Assembly: GCA_038056365.1 (NCBI GenBank)
Contig: JBBUFU010000045.1
Coordinates: forward strand, 1-30,523
Reading direction: 5' to 3'
From: Patescibacteria group bacterium
Lineage (GTDB): Bacteria; Patescibacteriota; Minisyncoccia; Phycocordibacterales; SBAW01
DNA: 30,523 bases
Below, piece by piece: positions 8,510-18,149 of the stretch (positions within the stretch are counted from its first letter, which is position 1; every line of letters begins with the position of its first letter). The notes beneath the pieces are model-generated. The model was not told where the DNA came from and did no database searches. It saw nothing but the letters and a program-made list of their open reading frames with translations. Position numbers and translations under genes: made by a program.

Positions 8510-11500
8510 ATGTCTGAACTCGCCAAACGGGAAGAGAAAATCCTTGAATTTTGGAATAAAGAGAAGATTTTTGAGAAGTCGTTGCAAAAGCCCGCGCCGA
8601 AGGGCGAATTTATCTTTTATGACGGGCCGCCGTTCGCCAACGGCCTGCCGCACTATGGCCACATCCTCGCGAGCGCCATCAAAGACGCCATCCCGCGCTA
8701 CCGCACCATGACGGGCTACCGCGTGCCGCGGCAATGGGGCTGGGACTGCCACGGCCTGCCGGTCGAAAACTTGGTAGAGAAAGAGCTTGGGCTTAAGGCC
8801 AAGCGCGACATCGAGGCGTACGGGGTAGAAAAGTTTAACGCCGCGGCTCGTACCTCTATCATGAAGGATGTTGCGGATTGGAAGCGCATTATCCCGCGCA
8901 TCGGGCGCTGGGCCGACATGGAGGCGGACTACAAAACCATGGACGCGAGCTACACGCAGAGCGTGTGGTGGGCGTTTAAAAACTTGTACGACCGCGGTTT
9001 GGTGTACGAAGGGTTTAAGGCGATGCACTTGTGCCCCCGTTGTGGTACGACGCTCAGCAACTTTGAGGTCGCGCAGGGCTACCTGGACATCGAGGACTTT
9101 GCGGTCACGGTTAAACTGCCGCTGGTGGACGACCCCGATACTTCGCTGTTGATTTGGACCACGACGCCGTGGACGCTCCCCGGCAACCCAGCCGCGGCGG
9201 TTAAGGCCGATGCGGAATATGTAAAAGTAAAAGTAGGAGGCGAATATTTAATCACGGCGGAGGGAAAGCTAGAGGGAGAAGTCGTAAAAAAATATAAAGG
9301 GAGCGAGTTGGTCGGCAAAAAGTATCTGCCGCCGTTCGATTACTTTGCGACCGAGTTGCACAAGCACAAGACCCATTTGTGGAAGGTGTACGCCGCCGAC
9401 TACGTCACCATGGAGGACGGCACCGGCATCGTACACCTGGCGCCGGCCTACGGCGCCGACGACCTTGCGCTCGCGCAAAAAAATAAAATACCGCTCATCC
9501 ATCATGTGACCGACGAGGGTAAGTTTATCGCGACTGTGCGCGACTTTGCGGGCATGCCCGTTAAGCCCAAAGGCCGCCATCTCGAGACCGACGCCAAAAT
9601 TGTTGAATATTTACGCGAGAAGGGATTGTTGTTTAAAGACGAAAAGATAAAGCACAGCTATCCGCATTGCTGGCGTTGCGACACGCCGCTCTTAAACTGG
9701 GCGGCCACCTCGTGGTTTGTAAACGTACAAAAAATAAAAGGCAACTTGCTTAAGCAAAATGCGACCGTCGGCTGGGTGCCCGCGCATGTGGGGGAGGGAC
9801 GCTTCGGCAAATGGCTCGAAGGCGCGCGCGACTGGGCCGTCTCGCGCGGCCGCTACTGGGGCGCACCCGTGCCGGTATGGCGCAACGAAAAAACGAAGGA
9901 AGTAAAAATAGTAGGCTCGGTTACCGAACTTTTGTCGATAGCCAAGCGCTCGGGTAACCGCTATTTTGTAATGCGCCACGGCGAGGCCTTGAGTAATGTA
10001 CGGGATGTTGACGACCTCTCCGGCGACCCGGAAAATCATCTGACCGAAAAAGGTATCAACGCGGTTAAACACGCGGCACTTGATTTAAAAAAAGAGCAGA
10101 TAGACTTTATTGTCGTCTCTCCATTTATACGCACGCGGGAAACCGCAGCCATTGTGCAGGGCGAGCTTGGCCTGCCCGACAAGGCTGTCGTAGTGGATGA
10201 GCGGATGCGCGAAGGCGGGAGCCATGACTCCGCCGGGGTCCGTCAACGTGTCGGCCAGTTTATATTTGAAGTTGAGCAACGGTATGTAAATAAAAATATA
10301 CTATTCGTTAGCCACGGCTATCCGCTTTGGGTTCTCAATAATATAGCCGGGCACAAAATGTCGGACTTATACACGAGGTTAGATTTGCCGGAGCTTGCGA
10401 GCGTGTGCGAGCTACTGTTTACCCCGTTTCCGCACAACGCAGACTACGAGCTCGACCTGCACCGGCCGTATATCGACGATTTTGCGACGGGGGAGTGGCG
10501 CCGCGACAAAGATGTTTTTGACTGCTGGTTCGAGTCGGGCTCGATGCCGTTTGCCGGCAAAGGGTACCCGCTTAATAAAACAACTTTCGACCCGAAGAAA
10601 TTCTTCGGCTACGCGCCAAGGGGCTACCCGGCCGACTTTATCGCCGAGGGGACCGACCAGACGCGCGGATGGTTTTATTCGCTGATTGTCCTTGGCACCG
10701 CGCTCTTCGGCCGCACGCCGTATAAAAACGTCATCGTCAACGGCATCATCACCGCCTCGGACGGGCAAAAGATGAGCAAGCGGCTGAGGAACTATCCCGA
10801 CCCGATGGAGGTGGTCGAGAAGTACGGCGCCGATTCTTTGCGGTACTTCCTGCTCTCTTCATCGGTGGTGCGCGCCGAAGACCTGCGCTTTAACGAGCGC
10901 GGGGTAGAGGAGGTGGGCAAAAAACTGCTGATGCGGCTGGACAACGTGCGGAGTTTTTATGATTTGTATGCAGGAGCGGGAAAAGGTCTGACCTTGGAGA
11001 GCCCTGAGCTAAGATCAGACCTTAAGGAGCACGTGCTTGATCGCTGGATTTTCTCGCGCCTCGGGCAGCTCGTTAAGGAAACAACTCAAGGTTTCGAGCG
11101 GTACGAACTGGACATTGCGGCGCGCCCGCTCGGCGCTTTCATCGACGACCTTTCGACCTGGTACCTGCGCCGCTCGCGCGACCGTTTTAAAACCGAAGGT
11201 CCAGATAAGGCGGCCGCACTCGCAACGTTGCGCGAAGTGCTTATGGTTACCTCAAAGGTTATGGCGCCACTCATGCCGTTTTTTGCCGACGACCTGTATC
11301 GTCGCCTGCGCGCCGAGGGCGAGCCGGAGAGCGTGCACTTGTGCGACTGGCCCGCGGCACCGGCGGTTGACGAAAAACTTATCGCCGACATGGCCGCAGT
11401 GCGGCAACTCGCCAGCAAAGGGCTCGAGCTGCGCGAAAAGGCGGGTATCAAGGTGCGCCAGCCGCTCGGCGCGTTTGAGACTGCCGTGCCGGTTGTCGAA

Positions 11501-11815
11501 GAGCTCGCGGCTATTCTTAAAGATGAGCTCAACGTAAAAGAAATTAAGTACAATCCCGACCTTAAAGAAAACAGATTAGCTACTGAGCTAACTGCAGAGT
11601 TGAAAGAAGAGGGGATGTACCGCGACTATGTGCGCACTATCCAGGAGTGGCGCAAGGAGCAAAAGTTTTCTATCGCCGACCGACCGGGCTTGCTGATTAA
11701 AACCAACATCGACCTGGAGTTTCTTAAAAAGTTTAAAGAGGTGCTTAAGGAGGCCACGGGCCTGCTGTCACTTGAGGTCAAAGAATCTGAATCGGTCCAG
11801 TTAGAAAGATTGTAG
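8510..11815 (+). CDS. ileS: Isoleucine--tRNA ligase (type 2) with an inserted histidine-phosphatase-like domain
   Basis: DGPPFANGLPHYGH, GWDCHGLPVE, WTTTPWTLP, HLAPAYG, DLHRPYID, AEGTDQTRGWF, KMSKR; extra RHG...SHG domain at ~9950-10400. True start ATG 8510. Confidence 0.95.
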   Translation: MSELAKREEKILEFWNKEKIFEKSLQKPAPKGEFIFYDGPPFANGLPHYGHILASAIKDAIPRYRTMTGYRVPRQWGWDCHGLPVENLVEKELGLKAKRDIEAYGVEKFNAAARTSIMKDVADWKRIIPRIGRWADMEADYKTMDASYTQSVWWAFKNLYDRGLVYEGFKAMHLCPRCGTTLSNFEVAQGYLDIEDFAVTVKLPLVDDPDTSLLIWTTTPWTLPGNPAAAVKADAEYVKVKVGGEYLITAEGKLEGEVVKKYKGSELVGKKYLPPFDYFATELHKHKTHLWKVYAADYVTMEDGTGIVHLAPAYGADDLALAQKNKIPLIHHVTDEGKFIATVRDFAGMPVKPKGRHLETDAKIVEYLREKGLLFKDEKIKHSYPHCWRCDTPLLNWAATSWFVNVQKIKGNLLKQNATVGWVPAHVGEGRFGKWLEGARDWAVSRGRYWGAPVPVWRNEKTKEVKIVGSVTELLSIAKRSGNRYFVMRHGEALSNVRDVDDLSGDPENHLTEKGINAVKHAALDLKKEQIDFIVVSPFIRTRETAAIVQGELGLPDKAVVVDERMREGGSHDSAGVRQRVGQFIFEVEQRYVNKNILFVSHGYPLWVLNNIAGHKMSDLYTRLDLPELASVCELLFTPFPHNADYELDLHRPYIDDFATGEWRRDKDVFDCWFESGSMPFAGKGYPLNKTTFDPKKFFGYAPRGYPADFIAEGTDQTRGWFYSLIVLGTALFGRTPYKNVIVNGIITASDGQKMSKRLRNYPDPMEVVEKYGADSLRYFLLSSSVVRAEDLRFNERGVEEVGKKLLMRLDNVRSFYDLYAGAGKGLTLESPELRSDLKEHVLDRWIFSRLGQLVKETTQGFERYELDIAARPLGAFIDDLSTWYLRRSRDRFKTEGPDKAAALATLREVLMVTSKVMAPLMPFFADDLYRRLRAEGEPESVHLCDWPAAPAVDEKLIADMAAVRQLASKGLELREKAGIKVRQPLGAFETAVPVVEELAAILKDELNVKEIKYNPDLKENRLATELTAELKEEGMYRDYVRTIQEWRKEQKFSIADRPGLLIKTNIDLEFLKKFKEVLKEATGLLSLEVKESESVQLERL

Positions 11816-11843
11816 TTCGATAAACTCACTATAAATAAGATAC

Positions 11844-12419
11844 ATGCACGAAAAGCACATAACCGAGGGGCTTGTGCTCGGCAAACGCGGAGTCGGCGAG
11901 GCGAATACGGTTGTCTTTATATTAACGCGGGAACTCGGGCTCGTGCGCGCCAAGGCAACCAGCTCGCGGCGCGAGCTCTCTAAGTTGCGCTACGGACTCG
12001 AGCCTCTTTCGCGCGGGCGCTATACGTTTGTACGCGGCAAGGCTCAATGGCTCCTTACCGGTGTTGACGAGGTTTCGCGGGAGTTTTTGGCCACCACGCC
12101 CGCGCAGGCCAAACGCTTGGGGCAGGTGGCGCGCCTGCTCATGCGGCTGGTGCTCGGCGCGGAGCACACGCCCGAGCTGTACAAAACGGTGCTCGGCGGA
12201 TTTGAGAGCCTCGCCCACACCACAGAGAACGCCGACAGTGTCGAGTGTGTGCTGGTGTTGCGCATTTTGGCGCACTTGGGCTACCTGCCCGAGCTCCCGG
12301 CACTCAAGCCGTTTGTCGAGGATGACCAGTTTTCTCCCGAGCTGGCGCTCCAAGCGGCCGCCTCTCGCAAGCTCCTTGTAAGGCTGATAAACGAGTCGCT
12401 CCAAGCCACGGGGCTTTAG
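11844..12419 (+). CDS. recO: DNA repair protein RecO
   Basis: EGLVLGKRGVGEAN..VFILTRELGLVRAKA...SKLRYGLEP (RecO OB-fold N-terminus) followed by a helical C-terminus. Confidence 0.8.
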   Translation: MHEKHITEGLVLGKRGVGEANTVVFILTRELGLVRAKATSSRRELSKLRYGLEPLSRGRYTFVRGKAQWLLTGVDEVSREFLATTPAQAKRLGQVARLLMRLVLGAEHTPELYKTVLGGFESLAHTTENADSVECVLVLRILAHLGYLPELPALKPFVEDDQFSPELALQAAASRKLLVRLINESLQATGL

Positions 12420-12434
12420 GCTATAATTAAGGCC

Positions 12435-14300
12435 ATGTCTAAAGACAAGGACTCCGTTGAGGGTCTTAAGGACAAGCTCTACTCGCGGCATAACCAGGGC
12501 GGGATGCAGGACGTGCGGGCGCCGCTGAGCCACGAAGATTCTGAATTGCCGCGCGCGTGGAGCGCGCTTGCGTCGCGCCGGCCCAACCCCGCTGTGGCGA
12601 CGCCGGAGTCGCGGATGAGCTTTGCCACGAAGTTTTTTATCGTATCGATCGGGTTCTTTTTGGTGGCGCTCGCGGTCGCGGGGGTTGCCTTTTTTTTGGG
12701 GCCCAACACCATCTCGCCGTCGAATATCGATATACAAATAGTCGCGCCATCGTTGGTTGACGGCGGCAAAGAGGCGCAGTTTCAAATAATTATCAACAAC
12801 AAAAATCCCGCGGAGCTCCAGGTCGCCGACCTGGTTATTGACTACCCAAGCGGGAGCCGCAACCCCAAAGACCCGACGGAGCCCCTGCTCCACGAGCGCC
12901 AGTCGCTTGGCACGGTAGGGGCCGACAGCCAGGTTAAGCGCACCGGTAGCGCGATATTGTACGGCGCCGAAGGCGCGCAACAGACAATCCGCGCCACCGT
13001 CGAGTACAGCGTGGCGGGCAGTAACGCCGTCTTTACCCGGAGCGGCCAGGTGACCGTCACCATCGGCTCTGCACCGGTGTCGGTGTCGGTTACTACGCCG
13101 CCGCAGACTATCGCGGGGCAGGCCTTTTCGATTGATGTGGTGGTGCGCAGCAACGCGACGAGCCCGGTGTCCAATGTCGTGGTACAAGGGCAACTGCCGT
13201 TCGGCTATTTGTTGACCGGCTCGGAGCCGCGCGCCGGCGCCGGCACGCTGTGGCGGCTCGGGGCGCTCGAGCCCGGCGAGAGCAAAACCATCCGCCTCAA
13301 CGGCACACTCGACGGACAGGACGGCGACCAGCGCGTGTTTAAGTTTTTAGTCGGGCAGGATGCCGACCCGAGCAACACGAGGGTTAAAGTGCCGTTCCTT
13401 ATCATGCCTGCCACCGTTACGGTGACGCGGCCGTTTATCAGCGGCTCCATAGCCGTCAACGGGCAGTTGTCGCGCACGGTCGCCGCCCCGGCCGGCGGTG
13501 TCGTGCAGGGGACCATCAGCCTCCAGAACAATCTCCAAACGGCGGTCCAAAACGTGCAGGTGACGCTCAAGTTGCAGGGGCCGATGATAGACAAGAGCTC
13601 TGTTGTTGCGGGCAACGGTTTTTATGACTCCGCAAAAAACAGCATTGTATGGACCTCCGACCAGGACCCAACTCTGGCGCAGATGTCCGCGGGGGGCACG
13701 GCGCAGCTGAACTTTTCGTTTGCGACGCTCCAGCCGGGGCAGGGGGGCGTGGTGTATACCAATCCCCAGGCAACGCTTAGCCTTTCGATAACCGGACAGC
13801 GCCCGGGCGAGGGCGGCGGCGAGCCGCAGGAGGTCACCGCCGCCGCGACCACCGAGGTGACCTTTGCGTCGCAGGTCGCCCTCGGTGTTGCCGCGCAATA
13901 CCAGGGCGGCCCCCGCCCGCCCATTGCCGAGTCGGCGACCTCATACAGCGTTTCGTGGACGGTTAAAAATGCCTCAAACACCATCGGGGGAGCCACGGTG
14001 TCGACTGTACTGCCGCCGTACATTACCTTTGTGTCGGGCCAGCAGGGTATCACCTACGACAGCGCGACCCGCACCGTGACGTGGGCGATAGGCGACCTGA
14101 AGCCCGGCGTCGGGTACACCAGCCCGGCGCAGACGGGGAGCTTCCAGATATCGTTTACCCCCTCTACCTCGCAGGTAAACACGGCGCCCGCGCTTGCCGG
14201 CTCTTCCTTACTTTCGGGCAACGACCGCTTTGCCGGCGTCGCCGTCAGCGCCTCCGCGCAAGCGCCGACCACCGTGGACAACGTGGCGCCAAAACAGTAA
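12435..14300 (+). CDS. Single-pass membrane-anchored protein with multiple Ig-like (DUF11-like) beta-sandwich domains
   Basis: One TM segment at ~aa 65-90; long beta-rich ectodomain; DUF11-like TVLPPYITFVSG...VTWAIGDLKPG. Confidence 0.65.
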   Translation: MSKDKDSVEGLKDKLYSRHNQGGMQDVRAPLSHEDSELPRAWSALASRRPNPAVATPESRMSFATKFFIVSIGFFLVALAVAGVAFFLGPNTISPSNIDIQIVAPSLVDGGKEAQFQIIINNKNPAELQVADLVIDYPSGSRNPKDPTEPLLHERQSLGTVGADSQVKRTGSAILYGAEGAQQTIRATVEYSVAGSNAVFTRSGQVTVTIGSAPVSVSVTTPPQTIAGQAFSIDVVVRSNATSPVSNVVVQGQLPFGYLLTGSEPRAGAGTLWRLGALEPGESKTIRLNGTLDGQDGDQRVFKFLVGQDADPSNTRVKVPFLIMPATVTVTRPFISGSIAVNGQLSRTVAAPAGGVVQGTISLQNNLQTAVQNVQVTLKLQGPMIDKSSVVAGNGFYDSAKNSIVWTSDQDPTLAQMSAGGTAQLNFSFATLQPGQGGVVYTNPQATLSLSITGQRPGEGGGEPQEVTAAATTEVTFASQVALGVAAQYQGGPRPPIAESATSYSVSWTVKNASNTIGGATVSTVLPPYITFVSGQQGITYDSATRTVTWAIGDLKPGVGYTSPAQTGSFQISFTPSTSQVNTAPALAGSSLLSGNDRFAGVAVSASAQAPTTVDNVAPKQ

Positions 14301-14309
14301 AACAAAGGT

Positions 14310-15653
14310 ATGGAAGAGAAATCCGCAAAAGAACCGGACCGGATGGAAAAGCTGGTGTCGCTGTGCAAGCGGCGCGGGTTTGTGTACCAGGGGTCCGAGA
14401 TTTACGGCGGGCTCGCTGGCACGTGGGACTACGGCCCCTTGGGCGTTGCGCTCAAGAAAAATATCGAAAATGCCTGGTGGCGGATGTTTGTCGACAGCAC
14501 GGATAACATATATGGCATCGACACGGCCATTTTGATGAACCCCAAAGTGTGGGAGGCGAGCGGCCACGTAAGCGGCTTTGCCGACCCGCTCGTTGAGTGT
14601 CAAAAGTGCAAGCGCCGCTTCCGTGCCGACCATTTGGACAATGTTGAAAAATGCCCGGAGTGCGGCGGCAAACTAGGGGGAATGAAGCAGTTCAACATGA
14701 TGTTTAAGACTACCGTCGGTTCGGTCGACGGCTCGGACACGACCGTGTACCTGCGGCCGGAGACCGCTCAGGGAATGTTTGTCAACTTTAAAAACATCAT
14801 CGACACCTTTCACCCCAAGCTGCCGTTCGGCATCGCGCAAATAGGGCGCAACTTCCGCAACGAAATCGCTCCGCGCGACTTTATCTTCCGCGTACGCGAG
14901 CTCGAGATCATGGAGCTCGAGTATTTTCTCGAAGAGAAGAGCTGGCAGGCGCAGTTTGAGTACTGGTTGGGACAAATGCGTGCGTGGTTTAGCTCGCTGG
15001 GGTTTGAGCCCGGTGATATTAAAGAGATAGAGATACCGGACGGCGAGCGCGCACACTACAGCAAGCGCACGGTCGACTTTCATTTTAACTATCCGCACAA
15101 GTTCGACGAAATCGGCGGCCTGGCGTACCGCACCGACTTCGACCTCAAAAATCACATCGAGCACAGTGGCGTCGACCTGCACTACCTGGACCCAAACACC
15201 AACAAAAAGTCCGTACCGCACGTGCTTGAGCCGACGTTCGGCTTGGGCCGCCACGTGCTTGCGGTGCTTGCCAAGGCGTACACCGAGGACGAGCTGGGGG
15301 GGGAGAAGCGTGTCGTCCTCAAACTCCCGCCGCACCTCGCGCCCATCAAGGCGGCCGTGTTTCCTCTGCTCAAAAACAAACCCGAACTTGTCGCTAAAGC
15401 GCGTGGGGTGTACGAAATGCTTAAAAAAGATATTCCGCAGATTATGTGGGACGACAACGGCAACGTCGGCAAGCGCTACCGCCGCCAAGACGAGGTCGGC
15501 ACGCCGTGGTGTATCACCATCGACTTTGACACGCTCGGCGAGACGCCCGAGATGAAAGATACGGTGACTGTGCGCGATCGCGACACGGGCGCGCAAGAGC
15601 GCGTCGCCCTGGCCGACCTGTCAAACCTCCTATGTGCTAAGATACGCGCATGA
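14310..15653 (+). CDS. glyQS: Glycine--tRNA ligase, homodimeric (alpha2) type
   Basis: SLCKRRGF, YGGLAGTWDYGPLG, YLRPETAQGMF, GRNFRNEIAPRDFIFRVRE, EPTFGLGR, GKRYRRQDEVGTP. Confidence 0.95.
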   Translation: MEEKSAKEPDRMEKLVSLCKRRGFVYQGSEIYGGLAGTWDYGPLGVALKKNIENAWWRMFVDSTDNIYGIDTAILMNPKVWEASGHVSGFADPLVECQKCKRRFRADHLDNVEKCPECGGKLGGMKQFNMMFKTTVGSVDGSDTTVYLRPETAQGMFVNFKNIIDTFHPKLPFGIAQIGRNFRNEIAPRDFIFRVRELEIMELEYFLEEKSWQAQFEYWLGQMRAWFSSLGFEPGDIKEIEIPDGERAHYSKRTVDFHFNYPHKFDEIGGLAYRTDFDLKNHIEHSGVDLHYLDPNTNKKSVPHVLEPTFGLGRHVLAVLAKAYTEDELGGEKRVVLKLPPHLAPIKAAVFPLLKNKPELVAKARGVYEMLKKDIPQIMWDDNGNVGKRYRRQDEVGTPWCITIDFDTLGETPEMKDTVTVRDRDTGAQERVALADLSNLLCAKIRA

Positions 15654-16711
15654 GCGAACAGGACCTCAAAGTCCACATTTCCTCGGGCTCCATCATCAAA
15701 GTAATCCTGTTTGTCCTGCTGGTGGGACTCGTGTGGTTTTTGCGCGAGCTGGTCTTGGTAGTGCTCACGGCGGTGGTTATCGCTTCGGCCATCGAGCCGG
15801 GCATCCGCTTTTTTGTACGGCACCGGCTCAACCGCATCTTTGCGGTGATACTCATGTATCTCATGATAGGCGGGGTGTTTTTTAGCGTCATTTTCTTCTT
15901 TATCCCGCCGATACTCAACGACGCGGCCGGCTTTTTGCAAAAACTGCCCGACACGCTCAGCAACCTCAACATCACCGACGTTACTCACGGGCTCCTGCCG
16001 TGGGGGCCGGTTTCGGATACGCTCTCGTCGGCCGACTTGCTGCGCAGTGTTTCGCAGACGTTGGCGGACACCACGGGCGGGGTCTTTACGACGCTTGCCG
16101 CGTTCTTCGGCGGACTCACCTCGTTTATACTCATCGTCGTCTTTGCGTTTTACTTTTCGGTACAGGAGACCGGCGTGGACGACTTTCTCCGCATCGTCTC
16201 GCCGGTCAAGCACCAGGCTTACGTGCTCGACCTTTGGAGGCGCTCACAAGACAAAATAGGCAAGTGGATGCAGGGGCAGTTGGTGCTCGCGGTCATTGTG
16301 GGAGTGTTGCTGTACCTCGGCCTGCTTATTTTGGGGATGCCGTTTGCCCTCCTGCTCGCGGTGCTGGCGGCGGTCTTTGAGCTTATCCCGGTCTTCGGGC
16401 AGATACTCGCGGCTATCCCCGCAGTCGCCATTGCCTTCGTCACCGGCGGCCCCACGGCGGCGCTTCTGGTCGCCGGCCTCTACCTGGTGGTACAGCAGTT
16501 CGAGGCGCACCTTATTTACCCCGTGGTCGTCAAAAAGGTGGTGGGTATCCCGCCGCTGTTGGTTATTCTTTCGCTACTGGTCGGATTTAAACTTATCGGA
16601 TTCCTCGGCGTCCTCTTGTCGGTCCCGATAGCGGGCGCTATCCAAGAGCTGGTCTCCGACCTCGAGAAGTCCAAAGCCCGCGCGCTTGCCCGCGGCAATG
16701 CCAATGACTGA
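15650..16711 (+). CDS. AI-2E (PerM/UPF0118) family transporter
   Basis: Multi-TM protein with FELIPVFGQI and QQFEAHLIYPVV...VGIPP...GFLGVLLSVP. Confidence 0.85.
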   Translation: MSEQDLKVHISSGSIIKVILFVLLVGLVWFLRELVLVVLTAVVIASAIEPGIRFFVRHRLNRIFAVILMYLMIGGVFFSVIFFFIPPILNDAAGFLQKLPDTLSNLNITDVTHGLLPWGPVSDTLSSADLLRSVSQTLADTTGGVFTTLAAFFGGLTSFILIVVFAFYFSVQETGVDDFLRIVSPVKHQAYVLDLWRRSQDKIGKWMQGQLVLAVIVGVLLYLGLLILGMPFALLLAVLAAVFELIPVFGQILAAIPAVAIAFVTGGPTAALLVAGLYLVVQQFEAHLIYPVVVKKVVGIPPLLVILSLLVGFKLIGFLGVLLSVPIAGAIQELVSDLEKSKARALARGNAND

Positions 16712-18149
16712 AAAAAAGTTTTATCTCACGACCACGTTGCCGTATGTTAACGCCGCTCCGCATATAGGCTTTGCTTTGGAAATGGTACAGGCGGATATCG
16801 TGGCCCGTTACCACGCGCTTATGGGCGAGGAAGTATTTTTTAATACCGGCACCGACGAGCATGGATTAAAGATTCATCGCAAGGCGTTAGAGACCGGGGT
16901 CACCCCGCAACAGTATGTAGACAAGTACGCGGCAAAATTTCGCGAGCTCACAAAAAAGCTCGACCTGTATCCGGATGTGCACTTTATCCGGACGACAAAC
17001 CCGCACCACAAAGCCGCTGCGCAGGAGTTTTGGAAACGCTGTTTTGCAAATGGTGATATTTATAAAAAAGATTATGCAATTAGTTATTGCGTCGGATGTG
17101 AGCTGGAAAAAACGGCTTCCGAGTTGGTGGACGGCAAGTGCCCGCTCCATCCAAACATGGAGATTGAGCATATTCAGGAAGAAAATTATTTCTTTAGGTG
17201 GTCTAAGTATCAAAAGCCGTTGTTGGATTTTTATGCTAAAAATCCGGATTTTGTCCTGCCGGACTTTCGTTTTAACGAAATACGAAAGTTTGTCGAGAGC
17301 GGTTTGGAGGACTTTAGCATCTCGCGGCTTAAGGAAAAAATGCCCTGGGGTATAGAGGTCCCGGACGACCCTGACCACGTTTTATATGTCTGGTTCGACG
17401 CGCTTATCAACTACATCTCAACGCTCGGCTGGCCGGAGGATACCAAAAACTTGGAGAAGTTTTGGGGCACGCTCGAAAAGCCGAACGGAATCCAGTTTGC
17501 GGGCAAAGACCAGATTCGCCAGCAGGCGGCCATGTGGCAGGCCATGCTTATGTCGGCTGGGCTTCCTCATACGAAACAAATTGTAATCCACGGGTTTATC
17601 ACCAGCGGCGGGCAAAAGATGAGTAAGTCGCTGGGGAACGTCGTTGACCCGGTTGCAATTATCGACGAATACGGCGTAGATGCCCTACGGTATTATCTTG
17701 CCCGGCACATTCATCCGTTTGAGGACAGCGACTTTACGATGGAAAAGTTTAAGGCTGCCTACAACGCCGACCTGGCCAACGGGCTGGGCAACTTGGCCTC
17801 GCGCATTATGCAACTGGCACAGACGCATCTTGAGCAGGGTACTCGACCTGAGGTTGCGGGTTTTCCGAAAGAATATACAGACGCGTTGGATAGCTTCGAA
17901 ATTAACAAAGCAATTGAATTCGTTTGGCTACAAATCCAGAAGCTCGACCAAAAAATAACCGAAACTGCGCCGTTTAAACTTATTAAAACCGATCCAGAGG
18001 CGGGCAAAAGGTTAATTACTAAGTTAACTCAGGAGTTATATAGTATCGCTCGTATGCTTAACCCGTTTATGCCCGCCACCAGTGTAAAAATAAAAGAGGC
18101 AGTTGTGGCCAACAAAAAGCCCGAAAATCTCTTCCCGCGCAAAGACTGA
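16704..18149 (+). CDS. metG: Methionine--tRNA ligase (short form, no C-terminal tRNA-binding domain)
   Basis: FYLTTTLPYVNAAPHIG, GTDEHGLKI, zinc knuckle CVGCE...CPLH, YVWFDALINY, KMSKSLGNV. Start ATG 16704. Confidence 0.96.
   Translation: MTEKKFYLTTTLPYVNAAPHIGFALEMVQADIVARYHALMGEEVFFNTGTDEHGLKIHRKALETGVTPQQYVDKYAAKFRELTKKLDLYPDVHFIRTTNPHHKAAAQEFWKRCFANGDIYKKDYAISYCVGCELEKTASELVDGKCPLHPNMEIEHIQEENYFFRWSKYQKPLLDFYAKNPDFVLPDFRFNEIRKFVESGLEDFSISRLKEKMPWGIEVPDDPDHVLYVWFDALINYISTLGWPEDTKNLEKFWGTLEKPNGIQFAGKDQIRQQAAMWQAMLMSAGLPHTKQIVIHGFITSGGQKMSKSLGNVVDPVAIIDEYGVDALRYYLARHIHPFEDSDFTMEKFKAAYNADLANGLGNLASRIMQLAQTHLEQGTRPEVAGFPKEYTDALDSFEINKAIEFVWLQIQKLDQKITETAPFKLIKTDPEAGKRLITKLTQELYSIARMLNPFMPATSVKIKEAVVANKKPENLFPRKD

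Noticed and set aside
11922-13193. 423-aa minus-strand ORF (and other long antisense ORFs such as 4510-5385, 14673-15596, 8315-9028 and 29485-30204)
   Set aside because: They are shadows of well-supported plus-strand genes in GC-rich sequence and carry no recognisable motifs.
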